Origin: Prorocentrum cordatum
Lineage: Eukaryota
Direction: 5' to 3'
Assembly (NCBI GenBank): GCA_963575745.1
Contig: CAUYUJ010000185.1
Coordinates: 1 to 64,000, forward strand
Length of the DNA: 64,000 nt
In this document: one piece after another, positions 1 through 12,904 of the stretch
Layout: each line of letters begins with the position of its first letter
How positions within the stretch are numbered: the stretch's first letter is position 1
Translations under genes and position numbers: made by a program
The notes under the pieces: model-generated
What the model was told of the DNA's origin: nothing
What the model saw: only the letters and a program-made list of their open reading frames with translations
Databases searched by the model: none

Positions 1-612
1 CTCCTCCTCCTCCTCCTCCTCATCCCTCCGCCTCACCCTTCCTCCTCCCCCTCCTCCTCCTCCTCCTCCTCCTCCTCCGCTTATTATTATTATTATTGTT
101 CGTATCCTTCTTATGATTCTTAGTATTCTTCGTATTATTCTTATTATTAGTATTCGTATTGTTCGTCTTATTATTGTTCTTCTTAGTATGCTTCTTAGTA
201 TGCTTGTTCTTAGTAGTATTCTTCGTTTTCTTCTTATTATTATTATCCTTCTCCTTATTATTATTAGTATCATTATTATTGGTATGATTCGTATTATTCT
301 TATTCGTCTGCTTCTTCTTATTCGTATTATTATTCTTACTATTATTATTCCTCCTCCTCCTCCTCTTCTTATTATTCTTCTTCTTATTATTCTTATTCTT
401 CTTATTAGTATTCTTCTTCTTCGTCTTATGCTTATTCTTATTATTCTTTTTATTATTCTTATTATTATTATTCTTATTATTATTCTTATTCGTCTTCTTC
501 TTATTCTTATTATTATGTTTCTTCTGTTTCTTCTTCTTCTTATTCTTATTCTTATTATTATTCTTCTTCTTCTTCTTCCTCCTCCTCCTCCTCCTCCTCC
601 TCCTCCTCCTCC

Positions 613-645
<33 letters not shown>

Positions 646-1030
646 CTCCGCCTCACCCCTTCCTCCTCCCCCCTCCTCCTCCTCCTCCTCCTCTCCCCTC
701 CTCCTCCCTCCTCCTCGTCCTCGTCCTCCTCCTCCTCCTCCTCCTCCTCCTCCTCATCCCTCCGCCACACCCTTCTCCTCTTCCTCCTCCTCCCTCCTCC
801 TCCTCCTCTCCTCCTCCTCTCCTCCTCTTTCCTCCTCCTCCTCCTCCTCCTCATCAGCATCTTCATCCCTCCGCCTCACCCTTCCTCCTCCCCTCCTCCT
901 CCTCCTCCTCCCTCCTCCTCCTCCTCCTCCTCCGCCTCCTCCTCCGCCTCCGCCTCCGCCTCCGCCTCCGCCTCCTCCTCCTCCTCCTCCTCATCCTCCT
1001 CCTCCTCCTCCTCCTCCTCCTCCTCCTCAT
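1..1030. repeat. Compound (CCT)n/(TAT,TCT)n tract with four copies of catccctccgcc(t/a)caccc at 21, 641, 755 and 864
   Basis: Direct reading. Confidence 0.9.
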
Positions 1031-1383
1031 CCCCCAAAAAAACATGAGACCCTCCGCCACTCCAAAGCACACAGAGCATCCGAGGGGGCCCTCCCCAGGA
1101 TGCGCAAGAGCGTCCGACAAGCGAGCACGAAGAACCTCAGGGAGCACCCTCCGCGAGCCGATCTCTCAACCTTCGACCTCGGCCCGACGGTAAGCCGACG
1201 TGCCCGGCCGCAGCGCGGCCAGGTCAGGTCAGGTCAGCTGTGCATCCGCAGGGCGCGCCGGCAGAAGGCCGAGGGCTCGCCAGGGAGGCCCCTGCTGGGC
1301 GGCGTGCCTCCCCGTGGGATTCAGGACCCTCCGAATGGCGAGCGTGCGAGGCCGCAAGAAAGGGTCGCACCACGACTGCTGGG

Positions 1384-1569
1384 GGCGCGCAGACATGGAT
1401 TAGCGAGACCATGGACTTGGCGCGCGGTCGCCAAATCCATGGATCGGGGGAGGTGCCCTCCCCAACATGCGGCCGGTGCCGCCTCGTTCGGCGGCGGAAA
1501 TCCGCGAATTCGCATGGAAACGGGATCCGTCGGTAATCTACGCCCCCTTGATCCATGTTTGCGATCGCC
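1384..1569 (+). mobile_element. Family B hairpin-containing TIR element; copies at 46307-46491, ~2420-2585, ~3165-3335 (-), partial ~7912-7960
   Basis: Termini cgca(g/a)acatggat / atccatgtttgcg; internal stem ccatgga(c/t)ttggcg...cgccaaatccatgg. Confidence 0.75.
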
Positions 1570-2907
1570 GAATTATTAGGGCCACGGAGCGCATCACGAC
1601 TTTGAAACATAAAAAAACGAAGCGCCCCATACGCGCGGAAAAGAAGACGTTACACTCCCGTCATCCTCTTGCTCCTAATACCTGAACCCCTCCTCCTTCC
1701 TCCTGCCCCTGGCGCTCCTCCCCATCACCCCCGCCCCTGCCCCCTCACCCTCCTCCTCCCTCCTCACTCCTCCTGCCTCCCTCGCTCGCTCTCCCCCTCA
1801 CTCCATGATGGGCCGGTTTTCCACCACCACTACCACAGTAGGAGAGAGAAGAGGAGGAGGAGGAGGAGGAGGAGGAGGAGGAGGAGGAGGTGGGGAGGTG
1901 GAAACGGAGGAGGAGGAGGAGGAGGAGAGGGAGGAGGAAGAGGACCTTCCCATTCTCCCTCCTCCACCGTCCTGCCTACTTGCAGTGGTGGAAAATTGGC
2001 CCGTCACTCCATACTTCCTCGGCCCCCCGAGCTCCTCCCTAGAACCCTCCGTCCACCTCCTCCCCCTCCTTTTTGATGTCCTCCTCCTCCCCCTCCTCCT
2101 ACTCCTGCTCTTCCTCCTCCTCATCATCATTGTCATCCTCCTCCCATTCTTGCTTCTCTCGTCGACGAAAAGAGGAAGATAACAGAGGAAGGTCAGCGAA
2201 TCAGCCGCATGCAGCTGGCTTTCCCAGCGCTGGGCAACGCTGGGAAATGAACCTGAATAGAATAATGCGCCCAACTGCGGGGCCGAAACCAGATGCGTGC
2301 GAATAGATTTCGCACCGCCACCTCTGATTCCCCATACCCCCCCCCCACACACCCAATCCTGCATGCCGGCACGCATGTTATCCGCATGCTTGATCTGTCT
2401 GCCGATGCGCCGTCATCGAGCGCAAGATAGCATGGACTTACGGAAGCGTGGATCTGGCGCGTGGGCACCAGATCCACGGATAAGGGGGAAGTACCCCCCG
2501 AAGCATGAGGCAGGTGCCGCATCATCTTGCGGCGCATCGCGCCGATTCCTCTTGGAAACGGGACCGTCCTTGGACGCTCGAGTCATCCCGGGGAACTCTG
2601 GCTCAGGGTAACTCCGGCTTGAGCCTCCGACGCACGAACACAGGGAGTTGTCCCTGAGCACCCCCCGCCCCGATGATTGGGGAGTACAGGTCAACCCGTA
2701 CAAGGATGCACGATAAGGATGCAAGGGCACTTGAAGGCCATGTCGACACTTTGCGAGAAGGGCGCGGCCAGCGAACGCGGCCAAGGATGGGCCGAAGGGA
2801 AAAAGAGGTGGCGAAAGGCGAAGGCGAGGCGGCCAACCTGCAGATCCACTCGTCACACTGTGCACCGCGGGCTCCAGGAATGGAGCACGGAGCGGTACGA
2901 ACTAACC

Positions 2908-3061
2908 TTAGGTCGGGTATGTCGTCCTACAGGCGGATTTTGGAGGAGGAATTGAAAATATTCCAAGATATTCACAATTGTCAAAAATACCAGAAAATCG
3001 TCCCCTGACTACTTTTGACTATTTTTGCAGATGCCTCCTTTAGAGGAACCGCTCGTCTTAA
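2908..3061 (+). mobile_element. MITE family A (hAT-like, 8-bp TSD), copy 1
   Basis: TIR TTAGGTCGGG(C/T)ATGTC..CTACAGG; flanks aactaacc / aactgccc (6/8). Confidence 0.75.
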
Positions 3062-4041
3062 AACTGCCCCCCAAGAGCGTAAATCAGCGCCACGGGCGAG
3101 GAGGAGGACGAGCAGGCGCCGGGAAGGGGAGCGGCCAAGGCTGTGTATGCCTTCTCTCCAGGAAGCGCAAGCATGGCCTATCGACGCGTGGATTGGCGAC
3201 GGAACCCGCTTCCGTACAGCATCGGTGCGCTGCGTCGCCAAATCGGGCAGCATCGGCCTCGTGCTTCGGAAGGACCTTCCCCGACCCATGGATACTGCGC
3301 AAGCGCGCCAGATCCACGGATCACTCATCCATCTGAGGGCGTGCCCAATTTGAAGGCGCCCAGGGACAAACAACCAAATAGACACAAATCCAAGGATCCC
3401 CAATATTTTCCAACAACTAAAAAACACACATCCAAGGATTTCCAATGTTTGTCAATCTTTTCTTGAGCTTCGCCTTCTCCACCCCTCCCAACGTTTCCCA
3501 TGTTCTCCTGGGGATCGACACGTGTTTGGGCGCCTGTATGTTAAAGTGAGCGTTTCCTTACAAAAGCATTTTCGAAAAACAAAAACAATGTTCTTAGAAC
3601 TTATAGCCGACATATTGATACTGGACGGTCTCGGCCAGAGATGTCCCTGGAACATTTCCAAACCACAAAAAATGATCTCTAAACGTTATTTGGTGGGCCT
3701 GTAGGTGAGCCGGGAAGCTTCGCCACACCTTGACGGTGGACTGGCCAAAAACTATGAAAACCTCCGGCTTAAATTGTCCTAGTACTGGAATAGGGAATCG
3801 ACTACAGTATTGCTTTACCTCAAAGTTGTTTTGTTCGTCAAATATTCAGAGTAAAAGAAAGAACCACGCAGAAGGTTAGCGCATCCACAGGGCATGCGAT
3901 GCATCTGCTCGCAGATGCGACGGAACATGACCTTTGGGGTAGATCCGCTCTGGAGTCGACCACCCACTCGAAAGACGCTGGATGATGTCTGGGCTTCGAT
4001 CCCCCCCCCAAAAAAAAAACGGGGGACGCGCCGTCGTCGTC

Positions 4042-4130
<89 letters not shown>

Positions 4131-4792
4131 TCGTCGTCGTCGTCGTCGCCTCGTCACCGTCGTCTCGTCGTCGTCGTTGTCTCGTCGTCGTCGTCGTCGG
4201 CGTCGTCGTCGTCGCCGTCTTCGTCGGCGTCGTCGTCGCCGTCGCCGCCGCCGCGGCGCCGCTCTGCCGGGCCGCGCCGCGCGGGCCTCTTGGGCGAGGA
4301 GCCGGCGGACACCGACTGGGAGCGCCACTGCTTCCCGCCGCCCTGCGCTCGCCGCCGGGCCCCCCGGCGCGAGAGCCTCGCCGCGAGCCGTCGACCCGAG
4401 GATCGAGGACCGACCTCTGAGGATAAGGACGAGCAGCGGCTTCGAGGACGGTGGACCGATTCGAGGACGAGGTTAAAGCGAGGAGTCGAGGACGGAGACT
4501 CGGCTCGAGGAATCGAGGGGGAGACTGAATTCCTCGAGGACCGACCTCCACGACGAAGCCAGGGGGAGACTATAGTGACTAAAGTCTTCGGTGGCAATTC
4601 GTGGGAGCCTCCCATGCCCTCTTGCTGGCTCTTGCGAGTCGACGCTCATCGATGCTCAATCGACGCTCAATCGAGGCTCAGCGACGCTCACTGACGCCAA
4701 CTCGGCGCTATCTCATCGACCCCCCGACGCTACTCGACGCTAAAAGCGGAATGAACAGGGCTCGCCAGGCTCCCATGATCTGCTACCGAATA

Positions 4793-4965
4793 AGACGAAG
4801 CCAGGACGAGGACAATTCGGATGAGGGCACATCGAGAATCTCTGAGATCTGGCGGCGGCTCTGGAGGATGCATCGGGCGCCCGGGCCTTCGCGTTCCGGA
4901 ACGCTCCGAGAGCGTTCCGGAACGCTCTCTGGAACGGATGGATCCTCACCCCAGCCCCATCCGAG
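4793..4965 (+). repeat. Interspersed repeat family D; copies at 11566-11672, 18617-18790, 50207-50370
   Basis: Shared gagatctggcg...gagcgttcc.gaacgctctggaacggattt.tcctc..cc.agcccc.tcc. Confidence 0.8.
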
Positions 4966-5431
4966 CCTCGAGAATCGAGGGTGAGGAGATCCGGATTGAG
5001 CTCAGCGATCGAGGATCGCGGTTGTTGGTCAGGAGGCAACTCCTGTAAGGTCTTCGCAAGAGCGCTTTTGCATGGCGATTGAGCCCGAGTCAGGAAGCAC
5101 TGAGCCCGACTGGCCCAGAGTGAGGTCAGAATCAAGCCAAGCTAAGCCCAGATCAAGCGAGATGAAGCAGGATTGAGAGAGACGGAACTGGATTAGGCCA
5201 GGTTCCAACCTGCGCCGATGCTGAATTGGACGCCCCAGGAGTGGCATCCTGAGGAGCGGGACTGGCCTCGAGGATCGAGGCCCAAATTGGGAGGCCTCTC
5301 GTCACCACTGCCGGGTGCCCCACCTAGACGAGCTCGTCAAGCCGCACCGCGGGAGAGGGAGAGGTCTTGGAGGTCGGGTCGAAGCTCGCGCATCGAGCTG
5401 TTCGGGCGCGGCCGAAGCAGCTTTTGACCTA

Positions 5432-5603
5432 CAGTCGACCCGTACCATAAGGATGCGCGATAGGGATGCAAGGGCCTCGGACGCCCATTCCGAAGCTTCT
5501 CGAGCGGGGCGCGGCCAACGAAAGTGGCCAGGATGGACCGAAGAGGCAAGGATGCAAAGGCATCCTTGGGAAAATTGTCCATCCTTACCATGCGGGTCGA
5601 CTG
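5432..5603. mobile_element. Tc1/mariner-pogo-like MITE; a related truncated copy lies at ~2685-2860
   Basis: TA|CAGTCGACCCG...CGGGTCGACTG|TA with ~23-bp imperfect TIRs. Confidence 0.8.
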
Positions 5604-8600
5604 TACGGGGGGCCTCCCGTGTGAGCGCCCTCCTTGCGCCCTGCAAAGTTATCCCGAAATCCCATACAGGGTCCCCCGAGCGCCCCTAGGTAGTTCCTTC
5701 GATGCCATCGAGGTGTCGGACGATGAGTTATGAGGCTCCCATTGGACCCTATGAGAACAGTCACGGGATCTGCGACATATGATGTTTTTTGCGCAGTGTC
5801 AGCTTTATCGCGCACAGGAGTGAGCATGATCTCGCAGCAGAAGGGGGTCATGTACGTATATGTCCGCAGCGTTCCTTACACGCCCTAGTTTGCATCGGCG
5901 AAAGCCCACTATCCAGCCACTTGCTAAAGCGTATAACAGAGGAGGAAGTGGAGGGAATGGGGAGAGGAGGAGTAGCAGGAGGAGGGAGCGAAAGGTTGAG
6001 GAGCATTTAGGGGGAGAGAAGGTGTCCCCCGCCTCCTCCTCCTCCTCCTCCTCCTCCTCCTCCTCCTCGTTTTACTTGTTCCCGACACCCCTGCTTCTAT
6101 TCATCCTGCCTCTCCCCGTCCTGTTCCTCTCCCTCCGCCTACATCCCTCGGTGGCCCACTCCTATTCCTCCGCCTCTTGCTCCTCCTCCCCTCCCTCCCT
6201 CCCCTCTCCCCCTTCCCCGTGGTCCCTCCCCCTCCCACCAATTCTTCCATACCCCCAGTGACGTGATCTTGGGAACTTGGACCCGCTTGTTTCATCCAGA
6301 ATCGTTGTCTGAAAGCCATGGGGCCTGATGAGAGGCTCTTTCACAACGCGACAAGAGCTGGGCTGCCCATCCACAAAATCGATCTCCCGACACAGCCAGG
6401 TGTGCTTCCTGAAAAGAAGCGGCGAGGGGAATTCACGATTGACGATTGGGAGCCTCCTTGAGGCCTGGACGACCTACCAGCAATCAGCATCCGCAGTTCG
6501 AGAGTGGAACGACCCCCCTTTGGCAAAACACCCTGTTGTGGGAACGGCAAGGGACCAAAACCGGCGGGTGCAGGTCCGCAGAAATGCGGCAGCGACACCC
6601 TCTCGAGAACCGAAGGAGGGCAATCCGCTCACCGACTTGGCAGGGCGGGGGTATCTAGGAACCTCCGATCAATTCTCGAGCCCTGCTTCGTGAACGATCC
6701 CCCCTCCACCCGTCTAACTGGAAGAAGCGCACAGAGGAAGGTCTCTGAGCAACCGTCGAGGCAGGTCCATGGGAGAAGACCAGCAAAAGCTCCGTCCTGA
6801 ACATGGTCAGCCCTCCACGCGTGTGGCTGCGGCACAATGTCCAAGTCGGATCGTAACGTGTGAGGGCGTCTCGAGCGAGTCCCAGTTTGGCAGGAGCCGC
6901 CCTCCGCCCGCGGCAACCGTTGCACAGGTCGGAACCGTGGGTCATGGCTGCAGATCAGTGCGAGTGTCGCACAAGGTCTACCCTGGGGCATCGAATATGG
7001 AGGACGTCCCAAGCGATAGCCACATCTTGGAGACCCTCGTAGCTGGTGAGAACTCTCAGACGAGGGCCCACGAAGCTGTTGCAAAATTTGTGAAACCGAT
7101 ATGCTCGGCGCAAGAGCGAGGGCCACAGTTTGAAAAACACATTACATCAGTCGACGCAGCTGCTGAATGTGTTAAAACGAGTGGGCGCATCGCTGATGCG
7201 AGACCCGCATGTTGAAAATGAGCTGGCCTCCATCCATGTAGCTGGTGGAATGGTTTCAGCTTCAGAGTGATTCTAAGCGAAACGCGAAACGCCCGCCCCA
7301 CCCTACGAGACACGTCTTTTCTTGGAACAGGGGCACATGAAACAGAAAAATGAACGATGAAGAGGAGACGAGAGACGGGGGGAACAGGAGAAGGGGGAAA
7401 AGGGATAAGCGAGGAGGGGGAGGAGGAGGGGGAGGAGGAGAGAGGAGGAGGAGGAGGAGGAGGAGGAGGAGGAGGGAGAAGGAGATAGGATGAAGAAGAG
7501 AGATGAGATCAGCAAGAGCGTTCAGACGCGGCGATTGCTTCGATCAACGTCGGGGCATCGAAAGGAGAACGAGAACAGAGAGGAGGAGTTCGCTGAAGGC
7601 CAACGCAATTACGAAAAGCGTAAACACAATCCTCAAACTTCGGCCTCTGCCCTCCTCTACTCCCCCTAGGTCCCTGCAAGGGCCTCTCTGGATGCCGAAA
7701 GAGGCCCAGAACCGCTCGTCCCGATTTTCCCATGCGAGGAAGCCTGGTGTTTTCATCCTCCCTCCCCTCCCTCCCTCCCTCCGCTTTCCTGGCGGAATTG
7801 CACGTTCCTGAGCGGGGATGGCTGCCAGGCCCGATGAATAGGCGATTGGGGATCGATGCCTGCCCCCTCCGGGCAAGCCGCCCCCTGATTTGGGGACACG
7901 CTCGCGTAGACTGCGGATCCGTGGATCTGGCGCGTGGTCGCCAAATCCACGGATCGGATCGAAGCTGCACGTGAAGCCAGCGCCGCCTGATGTGGCGACG
8001 GAATGCGTCGAAAACGCATGCAAACGGGGCCAGTCGCTGACCCCCGCGCCTTACTCCACGTCTGCGCTTCCTCGACTGACGTCGCCCCTGATCCCTGCAC
8101 CTCCCCCTCCCCCCCAGGTGGCAAAGAAGACGATGACGATGACCAAGACTGAACGTGGAAGCGTCGGCGCCGAAACCTGGACACCGCCCATCCTGGTCAG
8201 AATCAGCTCGTGGATCACCCTGGCGACTCGGCGACTGGCAGCAAGGACCAGGTCGGCGTCGGCACGATCCCGCGGTATCTTGGTCATGGTCCCAGTTTTT
8301 CTTACTTCGACATACCTGCAAACGTCGCATGCTCGGGCGCGACGTGCAGCGTTCCGCGCCGCCGCGCTGACGTGTATGCCTCTAGAATGTCCCGGTGCAG
8401 TTAGGGATCACCATTTTGTCATTACAGCTGACCCTTTGCACAGTCCCTCGCATTGCTGGGCCTGTTAGTTGTCCACTCGACATTTTACCTCGAGGAGGGG
8501 ACAATCGCCGACTCCTTTATCTCTGCGGCGTGGCTGAGCAACATTTCACAAGGTGCGCTCTTGTGAAGCATAGGCCGCGTTGGCTCTAACGGGCCTTGTG

Positions 8601-10496
8601 AACAAGTTCACCAAAGGAGCAAATTGTTGCACAAGTCTACTCTTGCGAACTGCACATCCCATGTAGCATCATTGTGCCCGTAGGGGGCACTTCGTCCCAC
8701 CTGGCCTGCCCTGTGCAGTTTCGCACTCCAGGTAATCAGTGCGCTCTGAGGGCGACAATAGCGTCCGCCCTGAGCAGTTCACCATGTCCCTAAGGGATTC
8801 GATGCGTCTCCTCGGGCACAGAGGACAGGTAGCCCCTGTTAACTGTCATTCTACGCCGCCGCGCTTCCACACGCGCGCGTTTCCGTCCCCCACCGCACCC
8901 TCGAGGAAAGGCCCATTGTGCACGTGCGTGGTGCGGGATGGAGGGCCTCTTGGATGGTTCGTGGGCTATCCTTCCAGTACGAGATCAACTACATCATTCA
9001 TTTACCCCGGAATGTGTTCTCGTCGAATCAGCGACAAAAAACGTCGAATGTTCCGTATGTCTCCGGAGCATTCTACGCATTTGTTGTAGATTCGGCGGAA
9101 AAGCGAATTCTGAGTCAATCAATGCTGAAGTCGATATACTGCTCGAATCTCAGGAGCCTACTGTATCCTTTTTCGGCGGTCTTCACACTCTCTTGGCGAC
9201 ATCCTGATCATGGTCACCGTGCTTCCCTCGACTCCACCCCCTGGGCCCCTGTGATGCTCAAGCCTCGGATGTTGGAGGCTCAGGCATGTGCACGGGTGCT
9301 CTAACACCTCTGAGTCGCCCCATCGTCGGGCGAGGCTAGCGAAAAAGCCCCTCCCCCCGACACTGGGTGTCGCTGGAAATGGCTGTGGCCCCAGATACCC
9401 CAGGATTTCCAAGGAAGCCCCAGGTTCCCTGAGACCCGACGTCTCGACCAAATTGAAATAGGATGAAAAATCACGACCAGAGCCCTTCCAAATCCGCCGG
9501 AACAGTATATATATATATATATATTATGCCTAACAGCCCCAGGGGGCGAGCCCAGGTCCTGGTCGTGGCTCTGGTATACAAGAGTCCCCCACTGGGGGCG
9601 TGGTGGTCCTTGTATACTGGAAGTGGCCCCGGAAGTGGCCCACGGCGGTGGCACTCGACTGGGGCGGGGAGGGCGCGGTATACGACAAAAAACTCGTGAG
9701 GATCTGGCAGCTCTCCCCCCGGACGGGGGCCGCGCATAGGCCGAGACCCGCCGCGGGCGCCTGGGGCCGGATGCTGGGCGTGGGCAGCACGCCAGCGCCG
9801 CGGTCCTCGCGCACGGGAGGGGGCCCCCCGCGCCGCCGATGAGGCGAGGGCAGCAGACTCCCCCTCCTCCTCCTCCTCCTCCTCCTCCTCCTCCTCCTCC
9901 TCCTCCTCCTCCTCCTCCTCCTCCTCCTTGTTGTCCTCCTCGTCTTCATCCTCCTCCTCATCATCATCAGCAGCAGCATCAGCATTAGCATCATCATCAG
10001 CAGCAGCATCATCACCATCCTCATCCGCATCCTCCTCCTCCTCCTCCTCCTCCTCCTCCTCCTCCCCTCCTCCTCCTCCTCCTCCTCCTCCTCCTCCTCT
10101 TGCTCCTCCCCCCTCCTCATTTTCCTCCTCCTTCTCCTCCGCCTCCTCCTCCTCCCTCTCCCGATGCTTCCCCTCCTCCCCCAGCGGCTGGGGGCGCCCT
10201 TTTCCACGTCGCGGCGCGGCAGAGGCGATCCGCTCGGGCGCCCGAGCGAGCCGCACGGCGTCGCGAACTAGCTCGCACGCAGGAGGAAGAGGGGGGGGGG
10301 AGGCCAGGGGGGCGGCCGCGGAGGGGGGAGCCGGGCGCGGGGGCACTCTCTCGCAGCGGGGCAGCAGCAAGCGCGCGGGGGCGGCAGGGCTGAAGGGCAG
10401 CCCCTGGCGGCTGTCGCGGGGCGGCATCGCGATGCACCAGGACGGGGCGCACAGGGACATAGCCATGCGGCCACCCTTCGGGTGATACAATCGGAC

Positions 10497-10665
10497 CTAG
10501 GCCAGACGAACATCCTTCAAGAACATGAGGCCCTCCGCCGTCCAAAGCACACGGAAGATCCAAGGGTGCCCTCCCCAGGGTGCACAAGAACACACGACAA
10601 GCACGAAGAACAATAGGGTACCCTCCCCGAACCGACCTCGATCTCCCACCCTGGTCCGACTGACG
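10497..10665 (+). repeat. Interspersed repeat family C; copies at ~1028-1192, 47132-47290, 51646-52048
   Basis: Shared aagaacatga..ccctccgc...ccccagg.tgca.aagaac...cgacaagcacgaagaac...ccga.ccgacctcgatct. Confidence 0.8.
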
Positions 10666-10759
10666 GGACACCATCGGGACACCAATCAGTCAAAACAGTG
10701 CCACCGCCACTGCGCTGTCATGGATGCTTGCTGACTGTGGTGGTTGCGTCTGATCGGTT

Positions 10760-11390
10760 GAGTGAGATCGGTCGATCTGATTGGACCGATCTCTCTATCG
10801 ATTTCACATTCGATCTCTGAAGCGATCTTGCAATCGATCTCACAATCAAGCTCAAAATCGATCCCCACTATCGATCGAACCATCGATCTCGAAATCGATC
10901 GCACTATCGACGTCACTATCGATTGCGCTTTCGATGCAAGTATCGATCGCACATCGATCTCACTGCCGCTCGCTCGATCGATGCACCTACCGATCTCACT
11001 ATCGACCTCACTATCGATCCAACTATCGATCTCACTACCGATGTTACCACGTCTCGGTCGTTATCGATCTCACATTAGATCGGGACACCATCGGGACACT
11101 TCGGCGGGATACCGCGGGACACCATCGGGACATCACGGGACACCGCGGGACACCACTGGGACACCGCGGGACACCACTGGACACCATCGTGACACCACGG
11201 CGGGACACCATCGGAACAACGCAGGACACCCCCAGCCCCCGCGCGCCCACAGGAGAGCCGGCCTTTTGTATCCGAATCGCCCTGGCGACGGCGGGATCAT
11301 TCCTCTCGCGCGCCCGCGGCGAGACACCGCGGGACACCATCGGGACACCTCGAGACACCACAGCGGGACGCCCCCAGCCACCGCGCGCCC
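10760..11390. repeat. ATCGATC(TCACT) array followed by a (gggacaccRc)n array; a similar ATCGAT array lies at 17390-17620
   Basis: Direct reading; ~12-bp and ~11-bp periodicities. Confidence 0.8.
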
Positions 11391-11834
11391 ACCGGAGAGC
11401 CGCACTTTTGCATCCGAATCGCCCCAGCGACGGCGGGGTCATTTACTCTCGCGCGCTCGCGCAGCTTCGCGTCGCCCGCGCGCGCGACACGAACACGTTC
11501 ACGATGCCCGGTGGGGAGCCCTCCGTTCCACTGTGATCTCCCCCCCCTGCCTCCGACGAGTACTACGACGAAGCCAGGACGAAGATCAAATCTGCTCAGA
11601 GCGTTCCGGACCGCTCTGAGAGCGTTCCAGAACGCTCTGGAACGGATTTATCCTCGTCCCAGCCCCATCCGAAGTACTATGTGTCCTCCTTGGAGGCGTC
11701 CGTCCAACCCAAGCATACAGTATAACCATCGCGTAGAACAAATATCGTTTCCTGGGCGGTATGGCCAGAAAGCGCCCGCCGCAAAGCATGATGAGGACGG
11801 TTGAAGATACGGTCGAAACCTTTTGCTTGTCGTG

Positions 11835-12200
11835 TCACCGCGGCGGCCCCGGCTACACGCCGTGCCCTGCGAGCGGACAGCGTGTCTCTCCGCTCTGCAG
11901 GTCGGGAGGTCGGGAACAGCTCGGGACGTTGACGCCCGGGGACCGCGGAGTGGATGGCGCGTCTTGCGGACGCCATGACAGTGGAAGCCCTAACACTCCT
12001 ATCATTGGAACCGAACATGTGTTCAAACTGTTTGAAACATGTTCTCGAAATGCTCAAAACGTATGTTTTACATGCTTAAAACATGCTCAAACCATGCCTC
12101 AGACATCTGGAAAGTCGTTGGCAACACGCTTCCGCTCCATTGGTCGTCGTCCACCAGGCGTGTCGCGCCGAGGCGTGGCGTGGTGGGCCAAAGCCGGCGG
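11835..12200 (+). repeat. Repeat family J; copy at ~49030-49290
   Basis: Shared ccctaaca.tccta.cat...agacatctggaaa...ttggcaac.cgcttcc.ctccattg.tcgtc.tccac. Confidence 0.7.
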
Positions 12201-12449
12201 TGCGACACGCGCCGCCGCGGCGCCTGACCGCAGGTCGGAATCTCTGAGAGCTGGCGGGCCTGGAGGACGCGGCCTCTTCCTCCTCCTCCTCCTCCTCCTC
12301 CTCCCTCCTCCTCCTCCTCCTCCTCCTCCTCCTCCTCCTCCTCCTCCTCCTCTTCCTCCTCGTTCTCCTCCTCCTCTTTTTCCTTCTCCTCCTCCTCCTC
12401 CCCCTGACATCCGACGATGTGACCGTTTCAATGCGAGGCCTCGGGCTGA

Positions 12450-12672
12450 GGGGCAACGAGAGGGGGGGGGGCCTGGCAACTGGCACACGGGGGGGGAAAC
12501 ATCGACCCGGAATCGGCGATACGACGCCGATAGATCGGCGGCAGGCCTCCGACAGCGAATCCGCACCTTCCTGGGCGGGATGTGGTGGCTATCGGAGCCC
12601 TGTCGGCGATCAATGGGCGATTGGGGGTCGATGCAGCCCCCCCTATGCTTATCTCCCCCTTATCGTTGCCCC
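12450..12672 (+). mobile_element. PIF/Harbinger (Tourist)-like MITE family G, 3-bp TSD TGA; other copies at ~21723-21935 and ~38622-38980
   Basis: TGA|GGGGCAACGA...TCGTTGCCCC|TGA. All three copies start TGA|GGGGCAAC and share catcgacc.ggaatcggcg...gccgataga-like interiors. Confidence 0.75.
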
Positions 12673-12746
12673 TGACGTGTCGCCCGACCCCTTCCCCAGC
12701 GTAAGCGTTCGTCCCGGATCCGCTTCGGATGGCCCTGGGGCCAGAG

Positions 12747-12904
12747 TTAGGTCGGGCATGTCCTCCTACAGGCGGATTTTGGACGAAAGCCAAAACATAT
12801 TTTAAAAAATCAAAATGGCCAAAAATAGTCGATAAATCGCCACCAGGCTATTTTTGGACTGTTTTTTGAACGTTCCTCTTGCAAGGGGGACGTGCCTAAC
12901 GTAA
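12747..12904 (+). mobile_element. MITE family A, copy 2
   Basis: Imperfect ~28-bp TIRs; perfect 8-bp TSD ggccagag. Confidence 0.85.

Noticed and set aside
20..1579. Long ORFs with poly-Pro/Leu/Ile/His/Ser/Arg runs, here and at 15947-17260, 22777-26367, 34628-36457 and 52943-54322
   Set aside because: They are open only because trinucleotide microsatellites lack stops, often in several frames at once; there is no protein-like complexity.
2596..2625. tggctcag / cttgagcc as spliced-leader relics
   Set aside because: Only 7-8 nt of match and no adjacent start codon or gene context.
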